In this document: positions 13,078 to 25,767 of the stretch, piece after piece
Numbering within the stretch: position 1 is the first letter of the stretch
How the letters are laid out: the number at the start of each line of letters is the position of its first letter
NCBI RefSeq assembly: GCF_964204645.1
Contig: NC_134025.1
Span: 15,909,101 to 15,973,100 of the forward strand
Origin: Tubulanus polymorphus
Taxonomy: Eukaryota > Animalia > Nemertea
Reading direction: 5' to 3'
DNA length: 64,000 nt
Position numbers and translations under genes: made by a program
The notes under the pieces: model-generated
Databases searched by the model: none
Seen by the model: the letters and a program-made list of their open reading frames with translations, nothing else
What the model was told of the DNA's origin: nothing

Positions 13078-14487
13078 ATAGAGACGATTTGTCGGGGCTA
13101 AATTGGCTCGAATCAGGTCCGACTTAAATTTTACGCATGGCTTACCAAAGAGCGCGCAGATTTTCATGTTCAAATTCATTTCACATTCAAATTCAAACCC
13201 ATTCATTCGTTACTAAACAATGCTTAAACCATGGAATCTAAAACGAGTCCATACTTAAACCAAGCGAAGTGACTGACTCCCAGAACCAGTTTAAATCAAC
13301 ACGCTTAATTTGACTCAGGTCTGGTCCGTCGTTTTTGGTCGGGCGATTAGGCACGGGTTTTCTTTCGCCAGATCTCTCCGTCCCTACACCTTTTAACTTG
13401 ATTTTTATCATCCACGTATTTAAATTTCGATTCTTTCTGCTTGTGTTAATTTTATACTCATGCAAAGCACACTGATTACAATTTGCAGCAGTGCGCTATA
13501 TAATGAAATAAGTAATATTGATTGTTAATATCAATATCAAGTGTGAATTTGCAGTTGAAAAATAATTGATTTGATTAACAGTATAATTTGATCTAGACCT
13601 CCCAGCGTCAATCAATGAAGAAAAAATTTAACTAGTCAAAGACTCAAGATCAAGTAAAGAAAAAGGAAGATGCATTCTAACAACTGATTGCGTTGTGAAG
13701 ACTATATTAGGCTTATTATTAGAACCTGCACTACAGCTATTCAACTTTCTATAAATCATTCGTCGCAGACCCTCAAATACCGTGTACATTATCACTCAAA
13801 TTGCCTAAATATGTCTGGTGTCGTCGCTATAGTATACTACTTATTAAAAACAATTATTACACCAATATAATTAATATATACACCTATCATTCTAAAAGCT
13901 CAGGTTTTAGCGTTTAGTGGTTTGGAAGAACATTCATCCCAAAGTCTATATTTCGAATAACAGACCAGGTCCAGTTTCCTTCGTTTGACATTCGGAGGAA
14001 CATTCCTCCCGAAGTCGATACTTTGAATATCAGACCTGAAGGTCAAATTCTCTTCGTTTGACCTTGGGAGGAATATTCCTCCCAAAGTCAATTCTTTGAA
14101 TATCGGACCCCATGGTCAAGTTTCCATCGATTGACATTGGGAGGAATATTCCTCCCGCAGTCAATTTTCACAATAGCGGTCCTCTTAATTGGTGACACTC
14201 AAAGAACGCGCTGCTCAGATTTCTATTGTGCGCCTATCGCGCGCTGCGCGTGAATCACTTACGTAATCTTTTCTGTAAATGTGAAGACCTCGGGGCATTA
14301 TGTTCTCTAAAGCCCAATATTATCCCAAATTCCGGACTGTTAATAGGTTGATTTTACGGCAGAGTCGACATGTTTCAACAATTTTTAACTGTTCATTTAT
14401 GAATATTTGAGGACTTATGAACTAAAAATTAGTTAAATTTTTGATACATTTTGAGAAAGTCACAAAACATTTGAGACTGTGTTATTT

Positions 14488-14971
14488 CTAATGTATTCCC
14501 GGTCGAAGGTTTTGAATGTTTTTCCGAACGTTCTTTCGACAAATTTGTTGACGTACGTATCTTTATCGGAGACTTTTCCTAACGTTTTGGCTATTTCCTA
14601 CATGCTTAAGTCTTTACACCTCCAATATACGAAGAAAATCACGTGTTGCCCCGCAAGCGCTGGATAGTACGTTTTGCAATCGCCTCGTTTTCCACTTGTA
14701 GGCCTTTTTCCCGATGAATTTTATCAATTGTTTCTTACGCGGTTTTAACCCGTAAGAATCGAAATATTCGACCGTTTTGTTGTTTTTCGGGAAATAAATT
14801 CCCACCCAATGCGATCCGGGTTGGTTTGACATGTCTAAATTCACGACGTAAGCGCACGGCTTCTTCTTCCGCTATTCGACGGGTAACATATCCAACGGAC
14901 GAACGTTTACGAACACCCCCTTTCGTAACGGGATGACTTTTTAGCGCTTCGTCGATTTCTTGATTATTCAT
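14488..14971 (-). pseudogene. Polinton adenain-like cysteine protease (last codons displaced to 7354-7380)
   Basis: NLD..QPGSHWVG...EYFDSYG...RLQNVLSSACG shows the H-D-Q-C catalytic set. Frameshifts and a stop are present. Confidence 0.88.
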
Positions 14972-16298
14972 TGAAGATGTTTCGATCTTTATCTATTTCG
15001 ACGATAGCGTCGTATTCCATGTAGGCGATAATCGTGAGACTGGACACGTTCGGCGTTTTCAACCTCATGTGGAGACTTATATGCCCTTCGCGGGTTAAGT
15101 TCATGTTTCCTCCATTCGTTTCATCCAGTGCTAAGTTGAAACCGAAAAATGTGAATCCTTTCGTGTATTGTTTGTAGGATATACCGCACGAGCCATACGC
15201 GAGGTTCCATTTATTTAAACTTTGCAACAGCGCGTAATACCCTTCGATGTCCCCTTCTGTAGCGGTGAAATCTAACACGAACAGTTCGTGCGGAACCGAT
15301 TGGCCGTTTTGCCTCAAGGCGACGTTATTGATTTTGAAATTATCGAACGGGTTCATGTGTTTATTCCCGTCGAATGCGCCCGTTTTAACCACGCCGATGA
15401 TGATTCGATTCGGCAAAGTTCCGCTCACCAGATTCGGCTCGGATATATCAGCACGGTTTCCTCCTCTCGTAAAATATTTGATGTCAATTTTTCGAACCGG
15501 ATATTTCGCGTTAACCGTTTTCAACCGAAGTTCGTGCGCTTCTCTAACGTGGTCGGCTACCTTTTTCACGCCAACAAAAACACTTTTTTCGTATTGGATT
15601 TTAAATTTCATGTCACTCTTCGGTTTTCGCCATCAGTACGACACCCTCTTCCGAACGGTGTAATTTTACGCCGATGCGCACTTCGATGACTGTTTCGACT
15701 GTTGAAATATTTCGTTGTGAATTCGACCGACACACTGGAACGTACGACTTCCTTTGGTTCTCTCGTACCGAAAAAACGCCCCTTTATTAATCGGTGTTTT
15801 CGCGTTCACCGTATCGCCAACGACGTTCATATCGCCCTGGTCCTGGTAAAAATAAAATCGCACCCAATTGATTTTTTTTCGCTTCCTGGCTGTGGGAAAA
15901 TAGATTTTCCATGTACGATCGATACGCGTACATGTCATCGCTGTTTCCTATCGGTTTATTATTCATCGTTACTTCCACTTGTCGAAAAGCGCTACCCGCG
16001 AAATTGCTGATCGGATACACGATAGTTCCATTGTCCGTCTCATCCCCCGACGGTAAATTGGCGCCGTTCTCGTCTACAATGTTCGCCGTGAGAACTACGA
16101 GCACGTTTTCCGTGTCGATATAGTCGTCATTTTCGAGTGAAATTTTGAATTCGATCAGGCCGGAACGATCTGTTGACGTTAGCGGGAAGAATTCATATCT
16201 CGTTTCTTCAACGCTCGTTTGCGTGGGCGGTATTTCGAACAATTCTAATTCCGTTTTCGTGCAGTCGCACGAGTCGTCGTCGAGTAGAGTAGAGACAT
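14964..16298 (-). pseudogene. Polinton major capsid protein (double jelly-roll, PY/hexon-like)
   Basis: SCDCTKTELELFEIPPTQT...IEF...YID...YAYRSYMENL...LPNRIIIG...NPF...GFTFFGFNL...IIAYMEYDAIVEIDKDRN. Several frameshifts and deletions. Confidence 0.85.
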
Positions 16299-16299
16299 C

Positions 16300-16797
16300 T
16301 TTACGCTCTTTCCGCGAAATATACGTATTCTTCCCCGTTTACAGCGCCGTTTTTAAGAAAATATGCCCGCCCCGTGTTTTTTTCTTTTTAGACGTTCGCG
16401 ACCCATTCTTTTTCCTCCGCTTCTTGTCTACTTCCCGCCACTAATCGGACGTATCGAGTTTTCGTTTGCCCGTTCGCTTCTCTTTAGCGATAATATTCTT
16501 TTACGCCTTTTCCTAATTCGACTAGAGCGGCATTTCCTTTTTCTTCGACGGATTCTTTCAAACCTTTCTCCCCGCTTAAAACATCGCTCACGACTTCGGC
16601 GCCGGTGCTTAGTAATTTTTTCCCGCCGATTGCAACGCGCTTTTCGCGACAACGCGAACGACATCTTTAATCAAATTACCGAACAAACTACCTTAACCGT
16701 GCCCGTCGTGATACACGTCTCCTTTGAATACGGACAATCCGGCTCCGTAGTGTTGTTTATAAGTTTCCGTATCGGGAACAGGATTGCGTGATCTCAT
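16300..16797 (-). pseudogene. Polinton virion core/membrane-active protein (G-x-G cleavage-motif protein)
   Basis: MRSRNPVPDTETYKQHYGAGLSVFKGDVYHDGHG*GSLFGNLIKDVVR... then a basic tail. It occupies the usual position between penton and MCP. Confidence 0.65.
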
Positions 16798-16830
16798 CGT
16801 TTCCACGAACCTCTCTCGGTTGTTTCCGTT

Positions 16831-18125
16831 TTTAGGGTTTCTGCTGCCTCGGCAGAAACCCTATTGGATTCCTGCTGATTATTATTTTAACATATTTTCC
16901 ACTGTGTTTCGTCACATAAAAATCATCTTCTATTAGATTTGACTACTAACAACTTTGAAACGAAATGTTAAACTCTGATGATAATATAACAGTCTCTTTC
17001 TGCGCGTAGTTTCTATGGATGTACCGTGCTTCCTATTTTAAACTTGAGGTTACTTAAAGATAGCACTGGTGGAAATAGCAATCATCAATCATGGCGCGCA
17101 TACTGGCGCGAATCTGAAAGTTTGTGTCATAAATAAATAAAGAAGGAAGGCTCCGAGAATATCCAAATCACAGGTTACTGTGAATAACTGGGGTTCGACC
17201 ATTCACAAGTTAAAAGTGTACTTCCTTGTTTGTGAATTAAGTTAATTCATGCTGTTATTAAAAGCAGTTCCTTTTAAACATTCTATAACAGTATAGTTTT
17301 GTTCGTGGATATCAGCGGTTTATTTATTTATTGTACCGGTACGCGTTTTCTTAATTGAATTGAATTGGTCCGCTCCAAAAGACGGGTCGCACTAGTTAGC
17401 GTCAGAAAATGTCAGCGTCGGTGAAACCTTGTTATCGTCGATATTAAACGGTCTAAAGTCAGTTTATACATCACATACATAACAAATTGGAGGTCCCTTG
17501 TACATGTACATCACATCGTGACGCAGCGGCGATGGTAATGTCATAGAAGAGCAGTCAGTTCAAAATACCTACCTACTGCACCGATAATGAATGATTGCTA
17601 GCCAGAGACCAGTGACAGTCTGTAATGGGGAGTGATGGTACCGTTTGTGATTATGTTTTTATAATGGTTATTGGACGTCAATTTCATATGTGAATTGTAG
17701 TCCCCATCTTATTGCTTGACTAGTCACAACTCTACTAATAGTAACACTATAAGGCCTTCCCTCTTGCATAGTTTACCCTATAGGCCACATTTGTGCTTCG
17801 GCCAAATTCAGTTTTCTTGTCTAGTCGACTTTTTCGGAACTAATAATAACCGAATATGCGCTTAAACTGTCACTAGGGAATGGTAAAAACACCGTGGTTT
17901 CGTTCTTCTCGATGTTATTTCCCCCAAAACCTGGCACATTATTACTTTGCGCGTAGTAGCACATGTGGGTCAACATATCCATGTTGTGAGTTGACCCCTA
18001 GGTGGCACTCTTTCAAAAAATCGGAATGTAACTAACTGATTTCGGGTGAAATCTTTGCTCGCATTCCTGAACGACATTGTATCCAGAAAGGCAGAAACCC
18101 GTTATCGCTGCTTGCAGCTATATCT
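16831..18125 (+). mobile_element. HINE/DINE-1-like non-autonomous Helentron
   Basis: 5' subTIR with foldback agggtttctgc...gcagaaaccct, (att)n, 3' subTIR gcagaaaccc at 18091, stem-loop gctgcttgcagc, inserted in a T-run without a TSD. Confidence 0.8.
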
Positions 18126-18134
18126 TTTTTGTTT

Positions 18135-18640
18135 TTACTTTTCGATGAAGTGTAGCGTTACAATTACTTTATCGGATTCGAACTTGATCGGATCGCCGAT
18201 GTCGTCCATCAGTAAAATTTCGATTTCTTGAAAAAAACGAGGAAGACACGGGGATACATCTGACCGGATAGAACGATTTAACTACGCAACCGCCTCCTCG
18301 TTTGTACTCGACCGGTACCGCTCGCAAAAGCGGTACCAACGTATATCCGACGACCGTTAGATCAGCTAGATTGCAGTAAACGTACATGTTGTACATGGAG
18401 ATTTTCATATCCGGTTTACTGTCAGCCGCTACTTCGTATACTGTATCGTTCCCTCCGACGACTTTCTCTTCTCCGTACGCGAAAACCAGTTTATTTCTCC
18501 GAAACCCGACTAGATCGGCTAAGTACTCGTTCAATTCGATCATCTCTCCCTCTCGTAATTCGATGACGGTTTTCCCGTTCGCTAGTTTGAATTTCCCGCG
18601 AAAGATTTTCGGTTTTCTCTTAATCATTTCCTCGATGAGA
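18135..18640 (-). pseudogene. Polinton minor capsid protein (penton/PX), C-terminal half
   Basis: MYVYCNL...VVG..LVPLLRAVPV...IPV...IEI..D.G..IKF...VIVTLHF; frameshifted. Confidence 0.8.
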
Positions 18641-18898
18641 AAGTCGATGAGAAACACGAGATCAGCGGCCCATTGGTCGTCGATACCGCGAACGATCGCT
18701 TTCCTTCTCGGGAATTTCTTCCGGGCTAGTTTATGGAGCGTGTACGCGTCTTGTGTTTTCAACCATTGGCTCGTCGATTTTCTGGTCAACGCTTCGTCGG
18801 ATTTTTTTCGCTCTTTGGAACAAACGTTTCGAAGAAGCGAACGATCCCGGTTCAGCGGGGTTGTAATAAATTTTCGAAAAAATGTCCCCCTTATCCAT
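18641..18898 (-). pseudogene. Polinton retroviral-like integrase, N-terminal fragment fused to penton by deletion
   Basis: YYNPAEPGSF...WLKTQDAYTLHKLARKKFPRRK...IDDQWAADL includes the first catalytic D, followed by an abrupt switch to penton. Confidence 0.85.
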
Positions 18899-19544
18899 TT
18901 AAATTTCCTCTTCGTCGAGGGTGTACGCGGGCAACATTACTATTATTCTTTTCGGTTTTCTATTCCGCTCGATTTCGCCGCTCGACTTTCGTTTCGCGGT
19001 AGGGCCACAACGCGATGATTTCTACTTTTTCAGTTTTCTATTGGCGATAATATCTTCGACAGGAACTGCTGTCGGAATGATCGAAGATATCTTTTTCAAT
19101 CCCGCTTCGGCGTCGCGTATCTACCTTTTTGTCGTCGTCGTTGACGTCCTCCTCCTCCTCGTCATCCGTCACTGTAACCGCTGTCGTTGTCGGCGCCGAA
19201 CGGGACACCTGCAGTATTTTCTCTCCGACTTTCATAGGTTATCAACGCTGCTTGCTTTAACTTACGTTTTTCTTTTTCTTTGTTGTACTTATTCTGACAG
19301 GAATTACATCTTGATTCGTCCAATTCGAACCAATGTTTATCCGAGTACGCTTTGTGACACCTGCTGCATTTCTCCTCGCACGTTTAACAATATTGTTTCC
19401 CTTCGACGAGCTTCACGAATCTATTGCACCACAAACACGCTTTACTAATTTTTGTGAAATATGTATCGTCCGGAAATGTTGCGGTGGCGTTTGATACCAT
19501 GATGGTTTCTTATAGCGGTGGTCCGGCGCTATCATTAAACTGGG

Positions 19545-20372
19545 TTAGCGCGAACTAACTACTATTACATCGCGCGATATTTCCTCGGAAGGCCCCGTTT
19601 TCGCACGCCGTTCCTCGACGACGCACTTGTTCAAATACATTTCGTACTCCGTCTCGCAATTCGTTTCGGACCTTTCAACTATCGTGTCAAGGAAATTCCT
19701 TTTCCACCAGTTCTCTTGCGCGGTAAAACCGCGCTGAAGATCGCGTAGGTACGATATGGTAACGGTGGACGACTCGTATTCCCTTTTACGTTTCTCCATT
19801 CTGTCGGCACACGTCTGCACCGGTGGTAAAAGAATATACCCGCCGACGTAGGAGAGGTCATTCCTCGCTAGTAACGCCTTCCCTCCGTCGAGCGTTTGTT
19901 ACTGAATAAAGTCCTTTTCGAACTCGCTTATTACATTCCTCTGAAAAGCTACTCCCGTGAAAACTATAGGCGCGAACACGGACCTATCCGAGATGATCGG
20001 CATCGGTTTCCCATTTTGGATATTGTTGGCGGCGTCAATAGCGTTTTGCAGGCATCGCTGCCCGCAATCGATGATATGCAGTTGCGCGCACACGGAAAAA
20101 CATTTATTCTCCGCATGCATTAAACGGAAAAGGTTATGATTCTCAAATTTCAAAAATAGTTCTACTGGTTCGTAATTGGGCAGAATGTTGAAATTTTCGA
20201 AAAGCGGAGACGATTTTCTGTCTATAAACCGTTCTATCATCGTTGTTTTCCCGGCGGCGATGTTTCCGGAAACGAACGTCACCAATATACGACCGTTGAC
20301 GCGTTGCATGATCAATCCGTTGCGCGACGACAGCTGCGAGGGATAATGCACCGAACAAACCACCTCCAACAC
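19545..20372 (-). pseudogene. Deoxynucleoside kinase (dNK/dCK-dGK family)
   Basis: P-loop VSGNIAAGKTT, YEPV, Q, DRSVF. After an in-frame stop at 19899-19901 come the lid motif CADRMEKRKREYE and YLRDL. Confidence 0.82.
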
Positions 20373-20922
20373 TCCTCCTCCGAGGGGTTTTATACGTCAA
20401 TTTCGTCTTTGTCCACCGTTTTCGTTTTTATACAACTGCAACAAACGTATTATAATGATGATAATAATGTTTTATTAACGAATTAAATAACAATATAAAG
20501 TAGTAGGAATTAGTACGAAATATAGTAAAGTAGGACATTGGACGACTGGTGAAGTTTACATAAACTTATTACCTGAAGGGCCCAGTCGCCCAGCCGCCAA
20601 TCCTCATTTACATTCGATATCTTTCAAAAGCATTTTGCGGGCTTTTGATATTGCGGCGGCGGTTAGAGGAAGTAATTTTCTCTCTCGTCGTCGTCGTCGT
20701 CGTCACCGGTATCTCCCCTTGCATCGTTTGCGGCACTTTTAGTCATCCGTCTCTTCTCGCCCACGTCGTCGTGTTTTGCTGCGTTTCTTACTATGAACGG
20801 GATGCGCAGTTACACCTTCATATTTTCGTTTTACTTCCCTTTTCGGTGCTGGATTGCAGCTGTCGGAATCTCCTTTGCTGTCATTGTCGCTAATTTCCTT
20901 CCCTCTCTCGTTCTTCTTCGCG

Positions 20923-21126
20923 TTAGCGTTGCTCTCCATGTCTAGCCAACACCCCTAGTTCTTTCCTTCGGAGAAATAGCACCGCGAGTTCGCTTCTCTC
21001 TAGCGATATACTCTTTCTTTTGCTGCGCATGTTCACGTGAATATAGGTTTTGCCCGTGAAAACCGACACCGAAACGAACACGTTGCCGGTAACGTTCAAG
21101 GAAAGTTCTGACCGCCGCTTAATCAT
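20923..21126 (-). CDS. PC4/p15-like ssDNA-binding small protein
   Basis: LNVTGNVFVSVSVFTGKTYIHV...KSISLERSEL resembles the PC4 pattern V.vs.F.G..yi.I....KGIsL. Confidence 0.55.
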   Translation of the reverse strand: MIKRRSELSLNVTGNVFVSVSVFTGKTYIHVNMRSKRKSISLERSELAVLFLRRKELGVLARHGEQR

Positions 21127-21777
21127 TACGATAATAATGGAGACTGTAGCGGTTGGTGTTCGCTGCGGAACGACTTACGGGGTGGGGCATTACAACTACA
21201 TGGATATATTTCGCCAGTGGAAATGCGTGCGCGTACTTACGTTGTCGTCTTCTATCCAACGTTTATCGTCAAAACTATTAAGACCAATCTTTTCTTCTTC
21301 GACGGTGTACAAATTCAAATTATTCGTTTGAATCGAGACCGTTTGGGAGACCGCTAGAAATATTTAGATCGTTGAGATCAGTTCGTGAACTCTCCCGGCT
21401 CTCCGCATGAAAAACCGGCAGCGTTTGCGAAATCGTCGGTTTCTCATTTATCAGGCTCAACTTGAAAGAAAATCGGACTATCAACATTGACGACGAGTAT
21501 CAAAGGTAAGCGCTGTTCAATAAGTTTTCAGTCGGGGAGTGTGACTTATTAAGTATTTAATATACGTTTACGTACATATTAAGCGCGAGTATATTTAATA
21601 GAACCATTATCGAATAATCATCGGTATGTATGATTTTTCAAATTGTTAGTTAATTTCTTATTCGCATTGAGGTTACTGACAGACCAGTCGAATGAGCTCC
21701 CACTATTTTGTCCTATAGAGGAAATATTCGATCCGAGGTTTCTTCGGCTGGTATATTCGCTATATGCAAAAGCTGTT

Positions 21778-21884
21778 GGTAGCCGCACGTCATAAGTCAG
21801 CTTAGGATGTGTATAGTCTTTTAGTCGTATCATACGACTAAAAGACTATACACATCCTAAGCTGACTTATGACGTGCGGCTACC
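21778..21884. repeat. Perfect 107-bp palindrome (53-bp arms, 1-nt loop)
   Basis: ggtagccgcacg...gtcgtat-c-atacgac...cgtgcggctacc read directly. Confidence 0.95.
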
Positions 21885-22537
21885 TGCCAACTTCACAATT
21901 TTTTTTGTAGTAACACAATACAATTTTGATAGTAGTTTTCTTATTTCAGTCAGTAGCAGGGCAAAATCAAACATTCTAGTGATAGTAGCAAATCATTGAT
22001 TCTCAGTAGCAGCCGAAACGACAGCAGCCGAAACGTTTCCTGACATCTGTCAACCCACCGTGTGTAACAAGAAAATCAAGGTTACAGATTGTACACAGTG
22101 CTTAACTATTTGATATTTGAGATGGAACAATGCACGGATACTTGGACGTATATTCTGCTCTGAATTTTTGATTGGCGACACGGGTTTTTTTATTCTGTTG
22201 TTCGTTACTAGTCCCTTGTTTGGATTTTCTCTTCCTCGCAGTTACTTCAGCTTCTTCCGCTTCAGCTTCTTGATAATTGCGCATGCGCACAAACCAAAGA
22301 CTACTGTTCTGTGGATAGGATTTAACAATGACAAAATTGATTTGAGCGTATTCGATTGGCATTCTAACGGAACACCGGAGTGAAATTGATTATGGGCGTA
22401 TTCGATTGACTCTTCGGCGGAGTACCGGAATGAGACCGACGCTCGAGCTTAGTATTTTCACCACTCCCGTAGCACCGGAGTTCTACTGGTTTTACCGTAG
22501 CAAACTCCGCCGAAATCGGAGACATTGGCAGCGTACG
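21881..22537 (-). mobile_element. Internally deleted hAT-like DNA transposon
   Basis: TIR-like ends tacctgccaac / attggcagcgta. The minus strand encodes KFRAEYTSKYPCI...ALCTICNLDFLVTHGGLTDV, like the N-terminal zinc finger of hAT-related transposases. Confidence 0.6.
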
Positions 22538-23605
22538 AACCTACTTTAAAGAGTGATAAATATTTTTCTAACAATATTGCTAGCTCGTTAAGATATCAAT
22601 GGGGTTGTAAAATTTAAAAAAAAATCATTTGTTCAAATGAGGGCTTGTGAAATGCTCGATAGCATAAATTAAAGCTCGATATGCTAAATATATTGTAATT
22701 TTTTTTCGAATGCAATGGTACCTTTGCCGCATATATTTCGTCGTAAAACTATGAGTAAAATTGAGTTAAATTCGTTTCTGCAAAAACGCGGAAGCGAACA
22801 TAAATCGAAAGAAATGTTTACAAGGGGTTGTAAAGACGACCAACTGTGTAGATAAATGTTGGTATAGGGGTTCTGGTAGGAATCTATTAATGAGAGTTTC
22901 AATAATACGTGTTTTTCCTTCTTTTTTCCTCTTTCAGACACATTCATAGAAAAACTAATCGGTGTAAAGTACAAAGTTTCATTATTCTACAACGGGGGTT
23001 TTCAGGTTTAAATACGAACAGTTGCTTTTAGGTACATGTCAACGATATGAACGTTATCGTAGTTCAATAATAAAGAAGTTTCCAGTTTCTAGGCGCCATT
23101 TTGTGGCGGTCCCGCGAGGTCCCCATTGTTGCGATAATTTGCGCTCATTTTTAAAACATACGTTTAGATTGAATATCATATAGTTCTGCAGTCCCTTGCT
23201 CGACGAAATCAATTTACACACCATTTTAAAGGAAATGAAATGCAGATATTTGCTGGCGATTCTTGGAATTTTTGAACGCAACAATTGAGAACAGTGACGA
23301 TGTGAAACCAAGGACCGCATATCTTAACCGTGCGTAAAAGAAATCGCAATATTTATTAATTCTAAAATATCTTAGTATCTCTTAAAGCTATATTTCCAAT
23401 TTTCACAGAGGTTAAAGAGGGTTATTTGCAGTTAAAGCCTGCGTTGAATTTTTTAAAATGTCTTCCCTGACGACTGATCTGTACCCGCTTGAGTTAGAGA
23501 TTACGCGATATGTCCTGTGAGTGATTCGTTAGACAGTCTTCTTGCGTAAACAATCTCAAAATTTTGAATACGTTAATAGATCTGGAAGAAACGTTGTGAA
23601 AATGG

Positions 23606-24316
23606 ATGCGGATACACTCGTCCGGCTCGTCGCAAAATTGTCCAAAAACATTTATCGACGAGAAAGTAACTAGCATTATGAAAAACTATATCGATAAAAA
23701 CAGTAACGAATTAAATAGAAAGAAAAGAGACACTTTGAACTTTTTTCGAAACGCTCAAAAATTTAGGGAGCGTATACTTGTCATTTACCACTCGGGTGAG
23801 AAATTTCGTACGAGAGCGAAACAGCACGATATCAGAAAAAATATGAAACATTTGGAAATAATATTGGACGACGATAATGATTTAGTGATAAGTCAGCTCA
23901 AGGGCAAACCAACGAGTAGCAACAATGAACGAGCATGCAGTCGATCGGTTGCAGTAGAAAGAATACGCGCACGCACGAAATCTATATCACCATCGCCGGT
24001 GCGCAGCGAGTCGAGCGAGCATTCTAGCGAAGGGGTAGAAGAGCAAGAAGAGGAAAACGAAGATGAACGGAAAAGTCACAGCAAGACCACCATTCTATCG
24101 AGGGGAGTAACTTCCTCGCCACAACCGGTATCCGCGGAAGCCAATTTCGAACACGTGCACACGGATGATTTATTTTTGATCCAAATACCAAATGAAAATG
24201 ATTTTGAAAAATTAGAAGAAATAGCAGACTATGAAAGCTTTCTAATCGATACAAGGCAGTTAAGCAAATTGCGAAAACAAAATAAAAAGCATCTGTGCAG
24301 AAAAGAAAGACGCTGA
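23606..24316 (+). CDS. Uncharacterised Polinton-internal protein (acidic/Ser-rich centre)
   Basis: 236-aa ORF inside the Polinton boundaries; no recognisable domain. Confidence 0.45.
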   Translation: MRIHSSGSSQNCPKTFIDEKVTSIMKNYIDKNSNELNRKKRDTLNFFRNAQKFRERILVIYHSGEKFRTRAKQHDIRKNMKHLEIILDDDNDLVISQLKGKPTSSNNERACSRSVAVERIRARTKSISPSPVRSESSEHSSEGVEEQEEENEDERKSHSKTTILSRGVTSSPQPVSAEANFEHVHTDDLFLIQIPNENDFEKLEEIADYESFLIDTRQLSKLRKQNKKHLCRKERR

Positions 24317-25767
24317 TAGGTGGATAAACGTTTTATCAACCTATAAATAAATGAGAAGAGCGGACGAAATTCCCTCACCAAAATATCGGCGTGGGGGCGG
24401 GGCTTGGGGGCGAATTGTCCGCACACGCAGATGCGGTTAGGAAACACGAATTAGATCTTTAAAATGAGTTCTTAAATTTGAAAAATGCGTTGGAAATCTG
24501 CCACCAGAAATCCACCGCTCTAGCAACGCAGGTGGAATGTTCGAAGTAGACGCATAAATTTATAATGAATTATTTCGAAAATGATTGCCTCTCCGCCAAA
24601 TGCAAGCAATGCCGTGTGCAACAAATTTCAGATGAATTAACTAAACCGATACGAAGACCACGCGCGAGATTAAAAAAGAAAACACAAAAATGAGAGAAAA
24701 CATAAACGCTATACGGGGAGGGAAATTCGAACGTCTTGAAGAGTTCTTTAGATATCATTTTTGGAAATGTAGGGAAAGAAACGCGAGCTTACGTTTAAAT
24801 AGATGTGAATAAATAAAAGAATCATACGTGTGTACAGTGTAGATAAACTTTTATTCCGCGGGTGGCGAGAAATGAACGTGAATACGAATGTTCCGGAGAT
24901 GACTCTTTCTGAAAAACGGTAAAACAGTCGATCGTCCGCGGGCAAATCATTCTATATCAATTTTGCACATATTCATGAAATTATGCTTTTTTTATTGCAG
25001 AAACATGAACACAACGATCAAACAAACGAGAGTACGTAACATAAATCGTATCAGACGTAGCCCAGATGTGGGGGGCTAGAACGGTAAACAAGCGTAAGAA
25101 TGTATGAATTCGAATTTGATGATTGATGATAGTATTTATCAACGGCCTTCTTTTCACTTCAGACGGAAGGCGGAGGAGTACGCCGAGAAGCATTGGCCCC
25201 GGCTGGTGGCGTACGAGAAGGGAACGTACAAGAGTCTTGCACTCTGGGTAACGGTGGACGCCCTTCGCGGAAAAAGTGGAGATTGGGTTTATTTTGTGGG
25301 GGGGGGGGAGGGATCGTAGGATCGCGGATACCCCCCAGTGTATTCGATGATATTGAAGAGGCGGAAGAGACGAGGAGGTAACTAGAAAGAAAGCGGGATC
25401 GGGTGGGATGAAAGAGCGTTTTTGAATTTGTAAAAAAAAAATAAAGTAGGGTTCGGTTTTCCATTTGTATCTAGCCGCGTTGTATTTATTTCTCTGCTGC
25501 CTTCGGGTATCCTACAGTCCTACGTCGTTTATCGTACAGTCGTATTCGCATTGCTGTAGAGTTCTTTCCGGAAGGGAGAGAAACAAGGAAGCGGAGATAT
25601 TGGAAAATCGAGGATTTCCCCGAACATACGGAAACGAAATTATATTTGATAACGGAGGGGAAGCAATATTTTTTTTTACAAAAGCCTACCGGGATATTAG
25701 CGGCCGTTTAAAAACAACGCCAGGAAAATAAGATCATAGGGAGAGAGATCACACAATAACAAAGGTA

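Larger units (their letters stand above)
7385..14483. mobile_element. 7.1-kb non-autonomous foldback-type DNA transposon with ~600-700 bp TIRs and 4-bp TSD (ATTT)
   Basis: 7385-~8085 is near-identical to the reverse complement of ~13878-14483. ATTT occurs at 7381-7384 and 14484-14487. Removing the element restores the protease C-terminus (EYIRN|VLNRQYMM*). TIRs contain gggaggaatattcctccc palindromic subrepeats. Confidence 0.88.

Noticed and set aside
12775-13206. Pro/Gly-rich ORFs
   Set aside because: They arise from GC-rich MITE internal repeats.
15247-19448. Plus-strand ORFs over the Polinton module (e.g. 18386-19018, 15247-15663)
   Set aside because: Antisense shadows of minus-strand capsid and integrase genes.
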